From the IMG/VR virus record IMGVR_UViG_3300036820_000002, positions 1 through 64,000 of that record: a stretch of DNA of 64,000 nucleotides. One strand, 5' to 3'. The translations under genes and the position numbers were made by a program. This document shows positions 28,636 through 37,677 of this stretch, one piece after another. This DNA is from a virus. Position 1 is the stretch's first letter, and every line of letters starts with the position of its first letter. The notes below the pieces were generated by a model. That model was not told the DNA's origin. It did no database searches and worked only from the letters and a program-made list of their open reading frames with translations.

Positions 28636-30057
28636 ATGAGGCTGGACCGCAGCATCCTGACCCCGGCCGCGCGCCGGGCGCTGAAGGCGTGTGCTGATGC
28701 AGGTGGCCGTCCGGTGCTGGCCGGAGGGTGCGTCCGCGACGCCCTCCTTCACGTTGATATCAAAGACTTCGACGTCGAAGTCTACGGTGACGTGGATCCG
28801 GACCGTCTCTGCGCGGAGCTGTCCGCCATCGGGGCCGCCGATCTCACCGGCAAGGCGTTCGGGGTAATGAAGGTGCGCCTCCTGGGTGAGGAGATCGACG
28901 TCTCCCTGCCCCGCCGCGATATCAAGACCGCAGCGGGGCACCGGGGATTCGACGTCGTCACGGGCGGCGACCTTTCCCCGGAAGACGCGTCGGCGCGGCG
29001 TGACTTCACCGTCAACGCGATGATGGCCGACCCGCTTACCGGGGAGGTTACCGACCGCCACGGCGGCCTGGCTGACCTCTACGCGGGGGTGCTGCGCCAT
29101 ACTGGTCCCGCGTTCACCGAGGACCCGCTGCGGGTGCTGCGCGGGATGCGGTTCGCGGCCCGTTACGGGTTCACTATGGCGCCGGAGACCGTCCAGCTGT
29201 GCCGCAGCATCAGCGGCGCGTTCGCCGAGCTTCCCGCCGGGCGTGTCTGGGGGGAGTTCCGGCAGCTGGGCACCCGGGGCACGGACATCACCGCCGGGCT
29301 GGCGGTGCTGGCGGACACCGGCTGGGAGCGCCACTTCCCGCAGCTGGCTGCTCTTCACGGCATTCGCCAGGACCGTCGCTGGCATCCCGAAGGGGACGCT
29401 CACGTCCATTCCGGGCTGGCGGCGGACCAGGCGGCCCGGCTCGCTGATGAGGCGGGGCTGCCCGGCGATGACCGGTTCGTCGTCGTGATGGCGGCGCTGC
29501 TGCATGACCTGGGGAAGGCGGCCCGGACCCGGCATGCCGGGCTCGCCAGCCGCCTGCTGCGCCGCCGCATCACCTCTCACGGTCATGCAGCCGCTGGGGT
29601 AGAGCCTGCGGTCGCGTTCCTGCGCGCCGCAGGCTGCCCGGACGGGCTGATCATGCGGATCACCCCGCTGGTCAAGGAGCACATGTCCTGCCAGGTCCGG
29701 CCGTCCCCGCCGGCGGTCCGGCGGCTGGCCCGCCGGCTGCAGCCCGCCACCCTGGAGGAGCTGGCCCTGATCTGCTCCGCTGACCGGAAAGGACGCGGCG
29801 ACCCGGATGCGGCCAGCGGAGCAGATGCCTGGCTGGAGATGGGGCGCGGCCTCAGCGTGCAGGAGGAGCCAGTACGCGGTATCCTCACCGGGTATCACCT
29901 GATCGCCGCCGGGATGATTCCCGGCCCCGCCTTCCGGCCGGTGCTGGCCGCTGCCGTCACGGCGCAGGATGCTGGGGAATTCGCCGACGAAGAGGGGGCG
30001 CTGCAGTGGCTTACCGGGAACTACCTCCCGGCTGCAGTTCATTCTCGCAGAGCCTGA
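28636..30057 (+). CDS. cca: tRNA nucleotidyltransferase (CCA-adding/poly(A) polymerase family) with HD domain
   Basis: GGCVRDALL...KDFDVEV, RRDFTVNAM, EDPLRVLRGMRFAAR, HPEGD...LLHDLGK. Confidence 0.93.
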   Translation: MRLDRSILTPAARRALKACADAGGRPVLAGGCVRDALLHVDIKDFDVEVYGDVDPDRLCAELSAIGAADLTGKAFGVMKVRLLGEEIDVSLPRRDIKTAAGHRGFDVVTGGDLSPEDASARRDFTVNAMMADPLTGEVTDRHGGLADLYAGVLRHTGPAFTEDPLRVLRGMRFAARYGFTMAPETVQLCRSISGAFAELPAGRVWGEFRQLGTRGTDITAGLAVLADTGWERHFPQLAALHGIRQDRRWHPEGDAHVHSGLAADQAARLADEAGLPGDDRFVVVMAALLHDLGKAARTRHAGLASRLLRRRITSHGHAAAGVEPAVAFLRAAGCPDGLIMRITPLVKEHMSCQVRPSPPAVRRLARRLQPATLEELALICSADRKGRGDPDAASGADAWLEMGRGLSVQEEPVRGILTGYHLIAAGMIPGPAFRPVLAAAVTAQDAGEFADEEGALQWLTGNYLPAAVHSRRA

Positions 30058-30117
30058 TCAGGTCCGAACGTGACGTGGCCAGGCTGACGATTGCTGACCG
30101 GGTTCACCAGGAGAGCA

Positions 30118-30983
30118 TGACCCGGATCGAACAGGAATGGCGGGGATTCGAGGAGCACAGGCGCAGGCTGCATGATGCTCTCCGCAGCATGTACAGCTAC
30201 CCTCCGTACACGATGGGCACCTACCCTCCGTACACGATGGGCGCGGATATTATGCCGGGAAGGAGCGTGGAGATGAAGCTGAATCCGCTTGCGAGTACCC
30301 GTCTTTGCCCGCACCATTGCGGATCCACTCTCGTGGTTGATTATCACGGCAGTGTCTGGTGCACCAGCGCTTCCTGTCCTGATCCGTATCAGGTCACCCG
30401 GTGGCTGAACGACGGAAAATTCGTCAACAGCGCATACGGGGTCATCTACCATGAGGGACGGCCTTTCTGGAGAGAGGCTGACGGCTCTATCGCGCTGATA
30501 CAGATACAGAAGGAACTTGTGCCTGATAAGAAGGAGATGGCGGTCTGCGAGGCCGCCCAGCCCGCGAACAGGGTCACCGCGAGCGTCCTCCCTGACGGGG
30601 TGAACGTGCTGTCCGTGCCCAGGATCGGGGACAAGGCTAAGGGAGACGCTCAGGAGCGGCTGGACCAGGCCTACGCGGAAGGTTTCCTTACCCAGAAAGA
30701 ATTCAAGGCGCGACAGGAGGCGGCTCAGGCCGCGAAGACGCAGACCGAGCTGGATATGCTGGCCGGGGACCTGCAGAAGGTGATTGCTCTTGCCCCTGTG
30801 CAGGGTAGGAAGAAGAACCGGGCGGTCATGCATCCGGCAGTATGCCTGCTCCTTCCTGCGGCCGTGTTTTTCGGGACGTCAGAAGCGCTTAGCTTCGAGT
30901 CTCATCTCCTGGCCTGGCTGTTCCTTGCGGCAGGGATTATTCTCCTGTTCTCCGGGATAATACTGGCGAGCCGGCGTAGATAA
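30118..30983 (+). CDS. membrane protein with DUF1707/SHOCT-like domain (start uncertain)
   Basis: RIGD...ERLDQAYAEGFLTQKEFKAR...AKTQTEL; two C-terminal TM helices. Confidence 0.6.
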
Positions 30984-30994
30984 TATCACCGGAC

Positions 30995-31023
30995 TTGACC
31001 CGGGTCTGCAGTATCGGTATCTT
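30995..31023 (+). promoter_or_regulatory. SigA-type promoter
   Basis: TTGACC-17bp-TATCTT. Confidence 0.65.
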
Positions 31024-31025
31024 CA

Positions 31026-31045
31026 AGCAGAGAATGAATTGCGAC
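31026..31045 (+). repeat. solitary partial CRISPR repeat (3' 20 nt)
   Basis: AGCAGAGAATGAATTGCGAC identical to the 3' end of array repeat 5. Confidence 0.85.
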
Positions 31046-31098
31046 AAGCTATCAATAGCGACTCGGGCAGCCGTGCTGCCTGAACAGGAAGGCAGTGT

Positions 31099-32100
31099 AT
31101 GCCCCGTCTCAAGAGTCTCGCTGCCGCCGCCGCGACCTCCGTGCTCACCTTCGGTGCAGCCGCAGGGATCGCGATGGCGACCGTGAGCACCCCGATCGCC
31201 ACCTCCAACGGCGAGGCGGGCTACGGCACCCAGAGCACCACCCCCCTCACTAACGTGCAGGCGGTCGTCACCCCGGACCAGTACGGCACCACCATTACCG
31301 GCGGCGCCCTCGGGGTCCAGCTCGCCGACCAGAAGAGCAGCACCGACTGCTACGCCGCCCAGCTGGGGTTGGTGGCGAACACCGCCACTTCCACCTACTC
31401 CGTCGAGTACGGCACCGGTAACCAGACGGGGACCTGCCCGGCAGTGGGCGTGGTCAGCGGTACCGCTCTCCCCGGGCTGACCTCGGTCCCGGACAACGCG
31501 TCGGTATACCTGAGCCTCTCCTACGTCACTCACGGGAAGAAGTTCTGCTTCCCGGTTCCCTGGGGCAAGCAGGGCAAGTGGGGGCATAAGCAGTACTGCT
31601 GGAGCGGCACCGGCAGTGATGGCCTCCTGGTTAGCGCCGAGGTGCTGGACAGCACCACCCCGGTCCTGGTGACCAAGATGATCCCGGACCCGGCTGACTT
31701 CACTTTCGCCAGCTTCGGCATCTCGCTGGACAATGACAGCGCGCTGATCCCGGCCGCCGCCGGCCTCGCCGAGCCCGCCACGGAGCAGGGGCTGGGTACC
31801 TTTACCGATGACGTCAGCGTTTACACCTCCTACGCGGACCAGGAGGTCGCCGAGTTCGACTACGCCAGCGTCACCCGGCAGGGCGGCAGTCCCGAGCTGA
31901 TCGACGGCACCGGCCTTACTCCTAACGCGGCGCAGGATGTCTCCGGCGGCAAGGTCGTCGCCGACATGCACGACAGCCTGACCGATGACGCCGTCTTCCC
32001 GCTGTCCCCGGCGGTCGGCACCTACACCCCGGTTAGCATCCACGGCGCCAGCACGATCGGGAACTCCTTCCAGGTGTACACCGGGAACTCGATCGGCTAA
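31099..32100 (+). CDS. secreted protein
   Basis: Signal peptide; Thr/Ser/Gly-rich; SNGEAGY N-terminus. Confidence 0.75.
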   Translation: MPRLKSLAAAAATSVLTFGAAAGIAMATVSTPIATSNGEAGYGTQSTTPLTNVQAVVTPDQYGTTITGGALGVQLADQKSSTDCYAAQLGLVANTATSTYSVEYGTGNQTGTCPAVGVVSGTALPGLTSVPDNASVYLSLSYVTHGKKFCFPVPWGKQGKWGHKQYCWSGTGSDGLLVSAEVLDSTTPVLVTKMIPDPADFTFASFGISLDNDSALIPAAAGLAEPATEQGLGTFTDDVSVYTSYADQEVAEFDYASVTRQGGSPELIDGTGLTPNAAQDVSGGKVVADMHDSLTDDAVFPLSPAVGTYTPVSIHGASTIGNSFQVYTGNSIG

Positions 32101-32186
32101 GCTAGGTCCCGCCCTGGCTGAAGGCACCGAGCAGGAGGGAGCCGCAGTGATACTGCGGCTCCTTCTGCTTTCCCCGGGTATTCCGC

Positions 32187-32215
32187 TTGCACTGCCCGGG
32201 AGCGTGTGGTAGCTT
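32187..32215 (+). promoter_or_regulatory. SigA-type promoter
   Basis: TTGCAC-17bp-TAGCTT following a terminator-like hairpin. Confidence 0.5.
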
Positions 32216-32254
32216 TAGCTCATCAGCAAAGAAAAGAAAAGAAGGAAGAACACC

Positions 32255-32548
32255 ATGAAGCTCCGCACCATCGCAGCGGCCGTCACGATCGCCGGTGCCG
32301 CTCTCACCGGTACCGCCCTGGCCGCTCACGCGTCGGCGCCCGTCATCTTCCAGGCTCAGGTCACCGGCTGGAATACCTTCCGGGCCGCTTACCCGCTGAC
32401 CGTCGGCGAGATCGTCTCCGAGAACACGGGCGGCCGTCAGTTCACCATCACCTCGGTGCAGAGTGCCGGCGGCGATGAGAACGTGACCGTCAGCACCGCC
32501 GGGCTCCCGGCTAAGGGCACTGATGTGGCCCTGACCCTGGTCAGTTGA
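32255..32548 (+). CDS. small secreted protein
   Basis: Signal peptide MKLRTIAAAV...AAHA. Confidence 0.7.
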   Translation: MKLRTIAAAVTIAGAALTGTALAAHASAPVIFQAQVTGWNTFRAAYPLTVGEIVSENTGGRQFTITSVQSAGGDENVTVSTAGLPAKGTDVALTLVS

Positions 32549-32736
32549 CAGGTCCGTCCGTACGGGCTTACGCTTAGTTCATGTTTAAGTGGCAGATCTC
32601 ACACTCCCGGGCCACCCGGCCTGGTACTGAGCGCTGCCCCGGGAGTCTCCCTGGGTGATCTTCCCCGAAGCCCAGGGAGGCCGCCCGGATCAGGATTACC
32701 TGGTTCCACGAGCGGCCTTTCTCATAACTGAATCTT

Positions 32737-32809
32737 TCGGACGTAGCTCAACGGGGAGAGCTCTGGTCTCCAAAACCAGCGGTTGAGGGTTCGAGTCCCT
32801 CCGTCCGGG
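32737..32809 (+). tRNA. tRNA-Trp(CCA)
   Basis: Cloverleaf; CTGGT-CT-CCA-AA-ACCAG. Confidence 0.9.
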
Positions 32810-32914
32810 CGAGGCACCACCTGCGGGTGTACGTGCGTGATCATTGACAACTCCATCTGTTGACGGGCCGGATGACCAGGGGTGAACGATGCCGCTGTAC
32901 CGTCCGGTCTCGTG

Positions 32915-32987
32915 GGGGCCTTGGCGCAGCTGGCAGCGCGTCTCTTTTGCACGGAGAAGGTCGCGGGTTCGATCCCCGCAGGCTCCA
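32915..32987 (+). tRNA. tRNA-Ala(TGC)
   Basis: Cloverleaf, G3:U70. Confidence 0.9.
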
Positions 32988-32992
32988 CGTCA

Positions 32993-33066
32993 GGGGGTTT
33001 GGCGCAGTCCGGAAGCGCGCTTCCTTCGCAAGGAAGAGGGCACGGGTCCGAATCCCGTAACCTCCA
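32993..33066 (+). tRNA. tRNA-Ala(CGC)
   Basis: Cloverleaf, G3:U70, T-loop TCC. Confidence 0.88.
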
Positions 33067-33073
33067 CCTGTAC

Positions 33074-33147
33074 GGGGCTTTAGCGCAGCCTGGTAGCGCG
33101 TCTGCGTGGCACGCAGAAGGTCGCGGGTCCGAATCCCGCAAGCTCCA
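33074..33147 (+). tRNA. tRNA-Ala(GGC)
   Basis: Cloverleaf, G3:U70, T-loop TCC. Confidence 0.88.
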
Positions 33148-33292
33148 CGAAAGAAGGGCCTGGCGCTGTCGGGCGTCAGGACTAAACGACATCCGGCGGG
33201 GCCCCAGTGATTACAACGGGCCGGGCGGCAGTCAGGGTACTACTCATGAGGTCCGCGCTCCCGCTTACTGGTGGTACTGCTAGGAATAGCAT

Positions 33293-33366
33293 CGGGTTGT
33301 GGCGCAGCTTGGCAGCGCGCGTCGTTCGGGACGACGAGGTCGGCCGTTCAAATCGGCCCAGCCCGA
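33293..33366 (+). tRNA. tRNA-Pro(CGG)
   Basis: Cloverleaf. Confidence 0.9.
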
Positions 33367-33449
33367 CTCTGAGGAGCTGCATACGGGGATGAGATAAGCC
33401 CTGGCTGTGTGTGGCGGTGAAAGTCCGTGCCAGTTCCTCAGTTTTTAAA

Positions 33450-33523
33450 CGGAGTATGGCGCAGCTTGGCAGCGCGCCCGGCTGGGGGCCGGGAGGTCGC
33501 GGTTTCGAATACCGCTACTCCGA
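33450..33523 (+). tRNA. tRNA-Pro(GGG)
   Basis: Cloverleaf. Confidence 0.88.
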
Positions 33524-33577
33524 CGAGCAGCCCGGACGCAGGCGCCGCCGGACGGCCTGGGCGGGCTGCCAGGTGTA

Positions 33578-33649
33578 CGGGGTGTAGCTCAGTGGCAGAG
33601 CACCGCGTTTGGGACGCGGGGGTCGTCCGTTCGGTCCGGACCACTCCGA
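33578..33649 (+). tRNA. tRNA-Pro(TGG)
   Basis: Cloverleaf. Confidence 0.88.
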
Positions 33650-33661
33650 CGTAAGTACTAT

Positions 33662-33733
33662 GGTCACCTAGCTGAGACGGATTAGCGGCTGCCTGAAAAG
33701 CAGCAGAGGCAGGGTCGCTACCTGCGGTGGCCA
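33662..33733 (+). tRNA. tRNA-Phe(GAA)
   Basis: Cloverleaf with atypical T-loop GTCGCTA. Confidence 0.8.
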
Positions 33734-34024
33734 CGGGGCTATAGGGAATCTCTTTGATGGTATCCTTGGCCTTTACCGGAAGACAGGACTAGAACCGTGG
33801 CCTCTGGCGGGGCCTTCGAAGAGAATTCCGGACACGATGAGGTCTTCCTTCCCTTACCGCGCTGAACACCTGTCTTCCCTCATAGTCGTGAGCCCCGGGT
33901 CCGCCTCTGCCTGCATGCCGCCCGGGGCACGGCCTGCCCCTGCCCTGACCTGGTCTCCGCGTACGGATAGCTTTATGGCATCCGTATGCAGTGGAGTATC
34001 CGTTTGAATCGGAAAGGGGCTCCT

Positions 34025-34095
34025 GCGGGTGTCGTCCAAAGGCAGGACAGCAGCCCTCCAAGCTGCTTACGCCGGTTCGACCCCGGTCACCCGCT
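34025..34095 (+). tRNA. tRNA-Gly(TCC)
   Basis: Cloverleaf; C at position 33. Confidence 0.82.
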
Positions 34096-34107
34096 CTTAT
34101 CAGCCAT

Positions 34108-34181
34108 GGGCCGCTAACTCAAGTGCGAAGAGTACCGTCCTCTTAAGTCGGAAGTTCCGGGTTCGAGTCCCGGGCGGCTCA
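34108..34181 (+). tRNA. tRNA-Lys(CTT)
   Basis: Cloverleaf. Confidence 0.88.
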
Positions 34182-34223
34182 CTGCTAGTGTTAAGGAGGG
34201 CGGCTCACTGCTAGTGTTAAGGA
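34172..34223 (+). repeat. 26-bp tandem duplication including tRNA-Lys 3' end
   Basis: GGGCGGCTCACTGCTAGTGTTAAGGA x2. Confidence 0.9.
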
Positions 34224-34274
34224 GAATGTCATGCACGCTCTCTATAAACAGGTCCCGGCCATCTGATAAACCGG

Positions 34275-34348
34275 GAGCCGCTAACTCAAATGCGAAGAGT
34301 ACCGATCTTTTAAATCGGGAGTTCAGGGTTCGAGTCCCTGGCGGCCCA
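34275..34348 (+). tRNA. tRNA-Lys(TTT)
   Basis: Cloverleaf. Confidence 0.88.
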
Positions 34349-34470
34349 CAGGAGAGAATATGCCGCAGGTCATCTGCCCGGACTGCAAGGGCGGTGAAGA
34401 CGATAAGAAGGACTGCGAGCGGTGCCATGGCACCGGTACTATCTGGGTGGACAGCGGCTCCGGCTGGTAA

Positions 34471-34546
34471 GGGCGGGTAAGTCCAATCTGGTAGAGCTGG
34501 CCTGCTCAAAACAGGTCGTATGCGGGTTCGAGCCCCGCCCCGCCTA
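34471..34546 (+). tRNA. tRNA with CAA anticodon (Leu) lacking long variable arm
   Basis: GCCTG-CT-CAA-AA-CAGGT; short variable loop. Confidence 0.7.
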
Positions 34547-34727
34547 CGGAAGAGATGAATGGGATGCAGCGGCGGCAGACCCGGGGCCTGGCTGAGGGTG
34601 ATGTCTTCACCGGCTGGAAGCATGTGCTCTGCTACGTGCAGCGAGCGGGAGTGAAGAGCGGTATCAAGCGCGGTGCCCGGCGGCGGGAGCGGCGTGAGGG
34701 CAAGGCGCAGCTGCGGGAAGAACAGAT

Positions 34728-35033
34728 ATGAAGAGAAGGCCGGTGGCGGCATTCGACGTGGACGGCACCCTCCTCCGGGACGACGACAGCCCCCGCGAGG
34801 AGATGGTCTCGTTGCTGATGGCACTGGTGCCGTACTGCAGGATCGTGGTCTGGTCCGGTTGCGGGAGCGATTATGCGGTGATGCAGGGACGGCGGCTCAG
34901 GCTCCCGGACGGCATCACCTACATGGCGAAGGCCGGCGGGTTCGCCGACCTCTGCTTTGATGACCAGGATGTTAACCTGGCGACCGTGAACATCATGGTC
35001 GCCGATGAGGAGCAATCCTCCGATCCCGCTTAG
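34728..35033 (+). CDS. small HAD-family phosphatase
   Basis: AFDVDGTL, IVVWSG, LCFDD. Confidence 0.75.
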   Translation: MKRRPVAAFDVDGTLLRDDDSPREEMVSLLMALVPYCRIVVWSGCGSDYAVMQGRRLRLPDGITYMAKAGGFADLCFDDQDVNLATVNIMVADEEQSSDPA

Positions 35034-35096
35034 TTCAGCTGGTAGAACGCCGCCCTCTGAAGGCGGAAGTGCGAGGTTCGAAACCTTGAGCGGGAG
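35024..35096 (+). tRNA. tRNA-Gln(CTG)
   Basis: Cloverleaf. Confidence 0.88.
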
Positions 35097-35100
35097 CTGT

Positions 35101-35138
35101 GCCCCTGTAGCTCAGCCGGAAGAGCGGTCACCTCGTAC
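35101..35138 (+). pseudogene. tRNA 5' half ending at anticodon loop
   Basis: GCCCCTGTAGCTCAGCCGGAAGAGCGGTCACCTCGTAC; no 3' half follows. Confidence 0.6.
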
Positions 35139-35147
35139 AGAAATCTT

Positions 35148-35221
35148 GCCGTCATAGCTCAGCTGGTCAGAGCGGCTGTCTCGTAAACAGCAGGTGGCAG
35201 GTTCGAGCCCTGCTGGCGGCT
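35148..35221 (+). tRNA. tRNA-Thr(CGT)
   Basis: Cloverleaf. Confidence 0.9.
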
Positions 35222-35260
35222 CTCCGTGGTCAGGGGCTCTGGCCGAAGAGAAGGAGAAGG

Positions 35261-35464
35261 ATGAGCGAACAGGACAGGACGGCGGCCGTTCACGCCTCCG
35301 TCGATGAGAAGGCGGCTGAGCTCGCGCTGATGGAGCACATCCGGGCGGCAGTGTACAGCCTGGAGGTTCCTATTTCCCAGGTCGTGCTCCGCTTCGAGGA
35401 GAAGCTCCGCGAGCTGCTCCCGGTGGCGCCGGGGGAGACCTTGAAGACGCCGGACAGCGAGTAG
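35261..35464 (+). CDS. hypothetical protein
   Basis: Strong RBS, GC3 bias. Confidence 0.6.
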   Translation: MSEQDRTAAVHASVDEKAAELALMEHIRAAVYSLEVPISQVVLRFEEKLRELLPVAPGETLKTPDSE

Positions 35465-35465
35465 C

Positions 35466-35978
35466 ATGGGCCGTATCGCGGTAGCAATGGTCGCGGTGGC
35501 GGTGGCCGCCGGAGCCTGCTTCGCACCGGCTGCGGAAGCCAAGCCAGCTCCGTCGAGCCATGAGGTGGCTTATGATGATATCCGGGCAGCGGGAACCAGG
35601 GAATGTTTCGCGGTCTCGGGGCTGCGGGTGATAATCGCTACCTGCAATGTCCATGACGGTCATCAGGAATGGCTTCTCAACCGCTATGGAGCACTGCTGG
35701 AGATAGCCAGCTCGGAGTACCCCGGGCTGTGCCTCGGCAAGCCCGGCTACCCGGTGACGCTCAGTTCATGTGCGGACCTGAATGCTCACGGTTACCCGCT
35801 CCGCCTTGATGAGACCGCCAGGGAGACGATGACTGTGGAACTGGCGCGTACGGGTGACCTGTTGTCTTCCTGCCTCTCCGGCGACGAGGAGGCGATCGCC
35901 CGCTGGACGGTCAGGAACACTGCCGACTGCCTCCAGGAGCTTGTGCTTCCGGAATGGAAGCCGGTGAAGGACGCGTAA
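35466..35978 (+). CDS. secreted ricin-B lectin-like protein
   Basis: Signal peptide; ECFAV...ATC...HQEW, GLCLG...LSSC. Confidence 0.65.
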   Translation: MGRIAVAMVAVAVAAGACFAPAAEAKPAPSSHEVAYDDIRAAGTRECFAVSGLRVIIATCNVHDGHQEWLLNRYGALLEIASSEYPGLCLGKPGYPVTLSSCADLNAHGYPLRLDETARETMTVELARTGDLLSSCLSGDEEAIARWTVRNTADCLQELVLPEWKPVKDA

Positions 35979-35992
35979 GGAGGGAGAAGGAG

Positions 35993-36217
35993 ATGGCCGT
36001 AGAGATTGCGCTGAAGCACAAGTACCGGATGGGCAGCACCGGCAAGAGGAATGCGTCCCGGGGCAATAACAGCGGTACGAACAAGCACCGGGGCGAGGAT
36101 AAGAACCGGCTTGCGTTCGCCCAGTCTCAGACCAGGGCAAACCAGCGGATGCTGGTTATGCTGCCGACCGGCAGGTTCCGGTGGGTGCTGGCGGCGGACT
36201 GGGGTGGCAGCCGCTAG
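35993..36217 (+). CDS. small basic hypothetical protein
   Basis: GGAG RBS. Confidence 0.45.
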   Translation: MAVEIALKHKYRMGSTGKRNASRGNNSGTNKHRGEDKNRLAFAQSQTRANQRMLVMLPTGRFRWVLAADWGGSR

Positions 36218-36251
36218 CGGGCGGCCTGGCGGGATATCAGGAAGATAACAT

Positions 36252-36336
36252 GCGCTCGTGGCGGAATGGCAGACGCGCAGCGTTGAGGTCGCTGTGCTCC
36301 GCGAGGGGCGTCCCGGTTCAAGTCCGGGCGGGCGCA
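36252..36336 (+). tRNA. tRNA-Leu(GAG)
   Basis: Cloverleaf with long variable arm. Confidence 0.9.
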
Positions 36337-36407
36337 CACCGTGTCTGGCTGGTCACGGTGAGATGATATGAGCAGGGCCCGTGGCGAGTGCCAGCTCGCT
36401 ACGGCAC

Positions 36408-36481
36408 GCCGCCTTAGCTCAGTCTGGCAGAGCAACCGCCCTGTAAGCGGTAGGTCACCCGTTCGAGGCGGGTAGGCGGCT
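36408..36481 (+). tRNA. tRNA-Thr(TGT)
   Basis: Cloverleaf; C33. Confidence 0.82.
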
Positions 36482-36794
36482 CACGAGGTAATCCCAGGGG
36501 AAGGGGACGAATGGATTTCAGTGACGCGCTGAGCACTATGCGGCAGGGCGGCAGGGTACGGCGGCGGTTGTGGTCACAGATATGGCCCGCGCACCTATGG
36601 CTGGAGATCGTGGCGAACTGGGACCTCCTGGCCAGTGACTGGGAGGCAGAGTAATCAGCCGGCGGGATTGGACGACCCCGAAGGCGCATGCCCGCAGGCC
36701 GCACCATAAAGCCATGCACAGCGGCAAGAAAGGGAGAGGTGGGGATAAGAAGCTGAAGGAAGTCAAGCGCCTGCTCGCGCAGGGAGCAGTGTAA

Positions 36795-36868
36795 TGCCCG
36801 CTGGGGTAACCGGCAAGCCCACCGGGTTTTGGTCTCGGGTGTTCCAGGTTCGAATCCTGGGCGGGCAG
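36795..36868 (+). tRNA. tRNA-Gln(TTG)
   Basis: Cloverleaf. Confidence 0.88.
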
Positions 36869-36965
36869 CGAGGAGATAGGGTTCTGCGCACGGAGATGAT
36901 TCTCCTCTGTCTAAACATGGCATAGTGCCTGGGTTACGGTACCCGGTGTCTAAAAGCCGCTGTAA

Positions 36966-37038
36966 GCCTCTCTAGCTCATCCGGCAGAGCGTGGCCATGG
37001 TAAGGTCAAGGCGAGCGGTTCGAGTCCGCTGGGAGGCT
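36966..37038 (+). tRNA. tRNA-Thr(GGT)
   Basis: Cloverleaf. Confidence 0.88.
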
Positions 37039-37154
37039 CACCGGGATACGTCTGGCACCGTGGCGTGTCCCTGCCGGTCCCACGAAGATGCTGACCTTCA
37101 CGGAGGGCCGGTAACCAGCCAGCCCTGGTCAGCGGGCGCTGGCACGGTGCACAC

Positions 37155-37226
37155 GCGGTTGTGGCGCAGTGGTAGCGCACCACCTTGCCAAGGTGGGGGT
37201 CACGGGTCCGAATCCCGTCAGCCGCT
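37155..37226 (+). tRNA. tRNA-Gly(GCC)
   Basis: Cloverleaf, T-loop TCC. Confidence 0.88.
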
Positions 37227-37287
37227 CGGAGGGACAACGCTGGGGGCTGACTTACCCAAGGAGATCGTCACTGGTGTCCCTTCTCAT

Positions 37288-37359
37288 GCGGCCATAATTC
37301 AATGGCAGAATGCCACCTTCCCATGGTGGAGACGAGGGTTCGACTTCCCTCTGGCCGCT
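37288..37359 (+). tRNA. tRNA-Gly(CCC)
   Basis: Cloverleaf. Confidence 0.85.
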
Positions 37360-37392
37360 CTGTTCCTTACGCCGAGACGCGTGAGGAACCCC

Positions 37393-37477
37393 GGGCGAGT
37401 GGTGGAATGGTAGACACGCATGCCTCAGGAGTATGTGTCTTAACGACGTGGGGGTTCGACTCCCCCCTCGCCTACCA
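37393..37477 (+). tRNA. tRNA-Leu(CAG)
   Basis: Cloverleaf with long arm, encoded CCA. Confidence 0.9.
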
Positions 37478-37557
37478 GCAGGAAGCTTTTATGATAGAAC
37501 CCGGATTCCCGGGTACTGTCTGACGGACTCCATAACCCGGGCTTCCTGCTGTTTTCC

Positions 37558-37646
37558 GGAGTGGTCGCCTAGTCCGGCCCATGGCGCTCGACTGCTAATC
37601 GAGTGGGGTCTCACCGCCCTCGGGAGTTCAAATCTCCCCCGCTCCG
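37558..37646 (+). tRNA. tRNA-Ser(GCT)
   Basis: Cloverleaf with long arm. Confidence 0.88.
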
Positions 37647-37677
37647 CCCTGTTTCAGTGAACTGAAGGAAGAGATAC

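Noticed and set aside
30198-30241. 21-bp tandem repeat
   Set aside because: In-frame coding duplication (YPPYTMG x2)
33735-34020. tmRNA (starts GGGGCT)
   Set aside because: No T arm/acceptor 3' end or tag ORF recognisable
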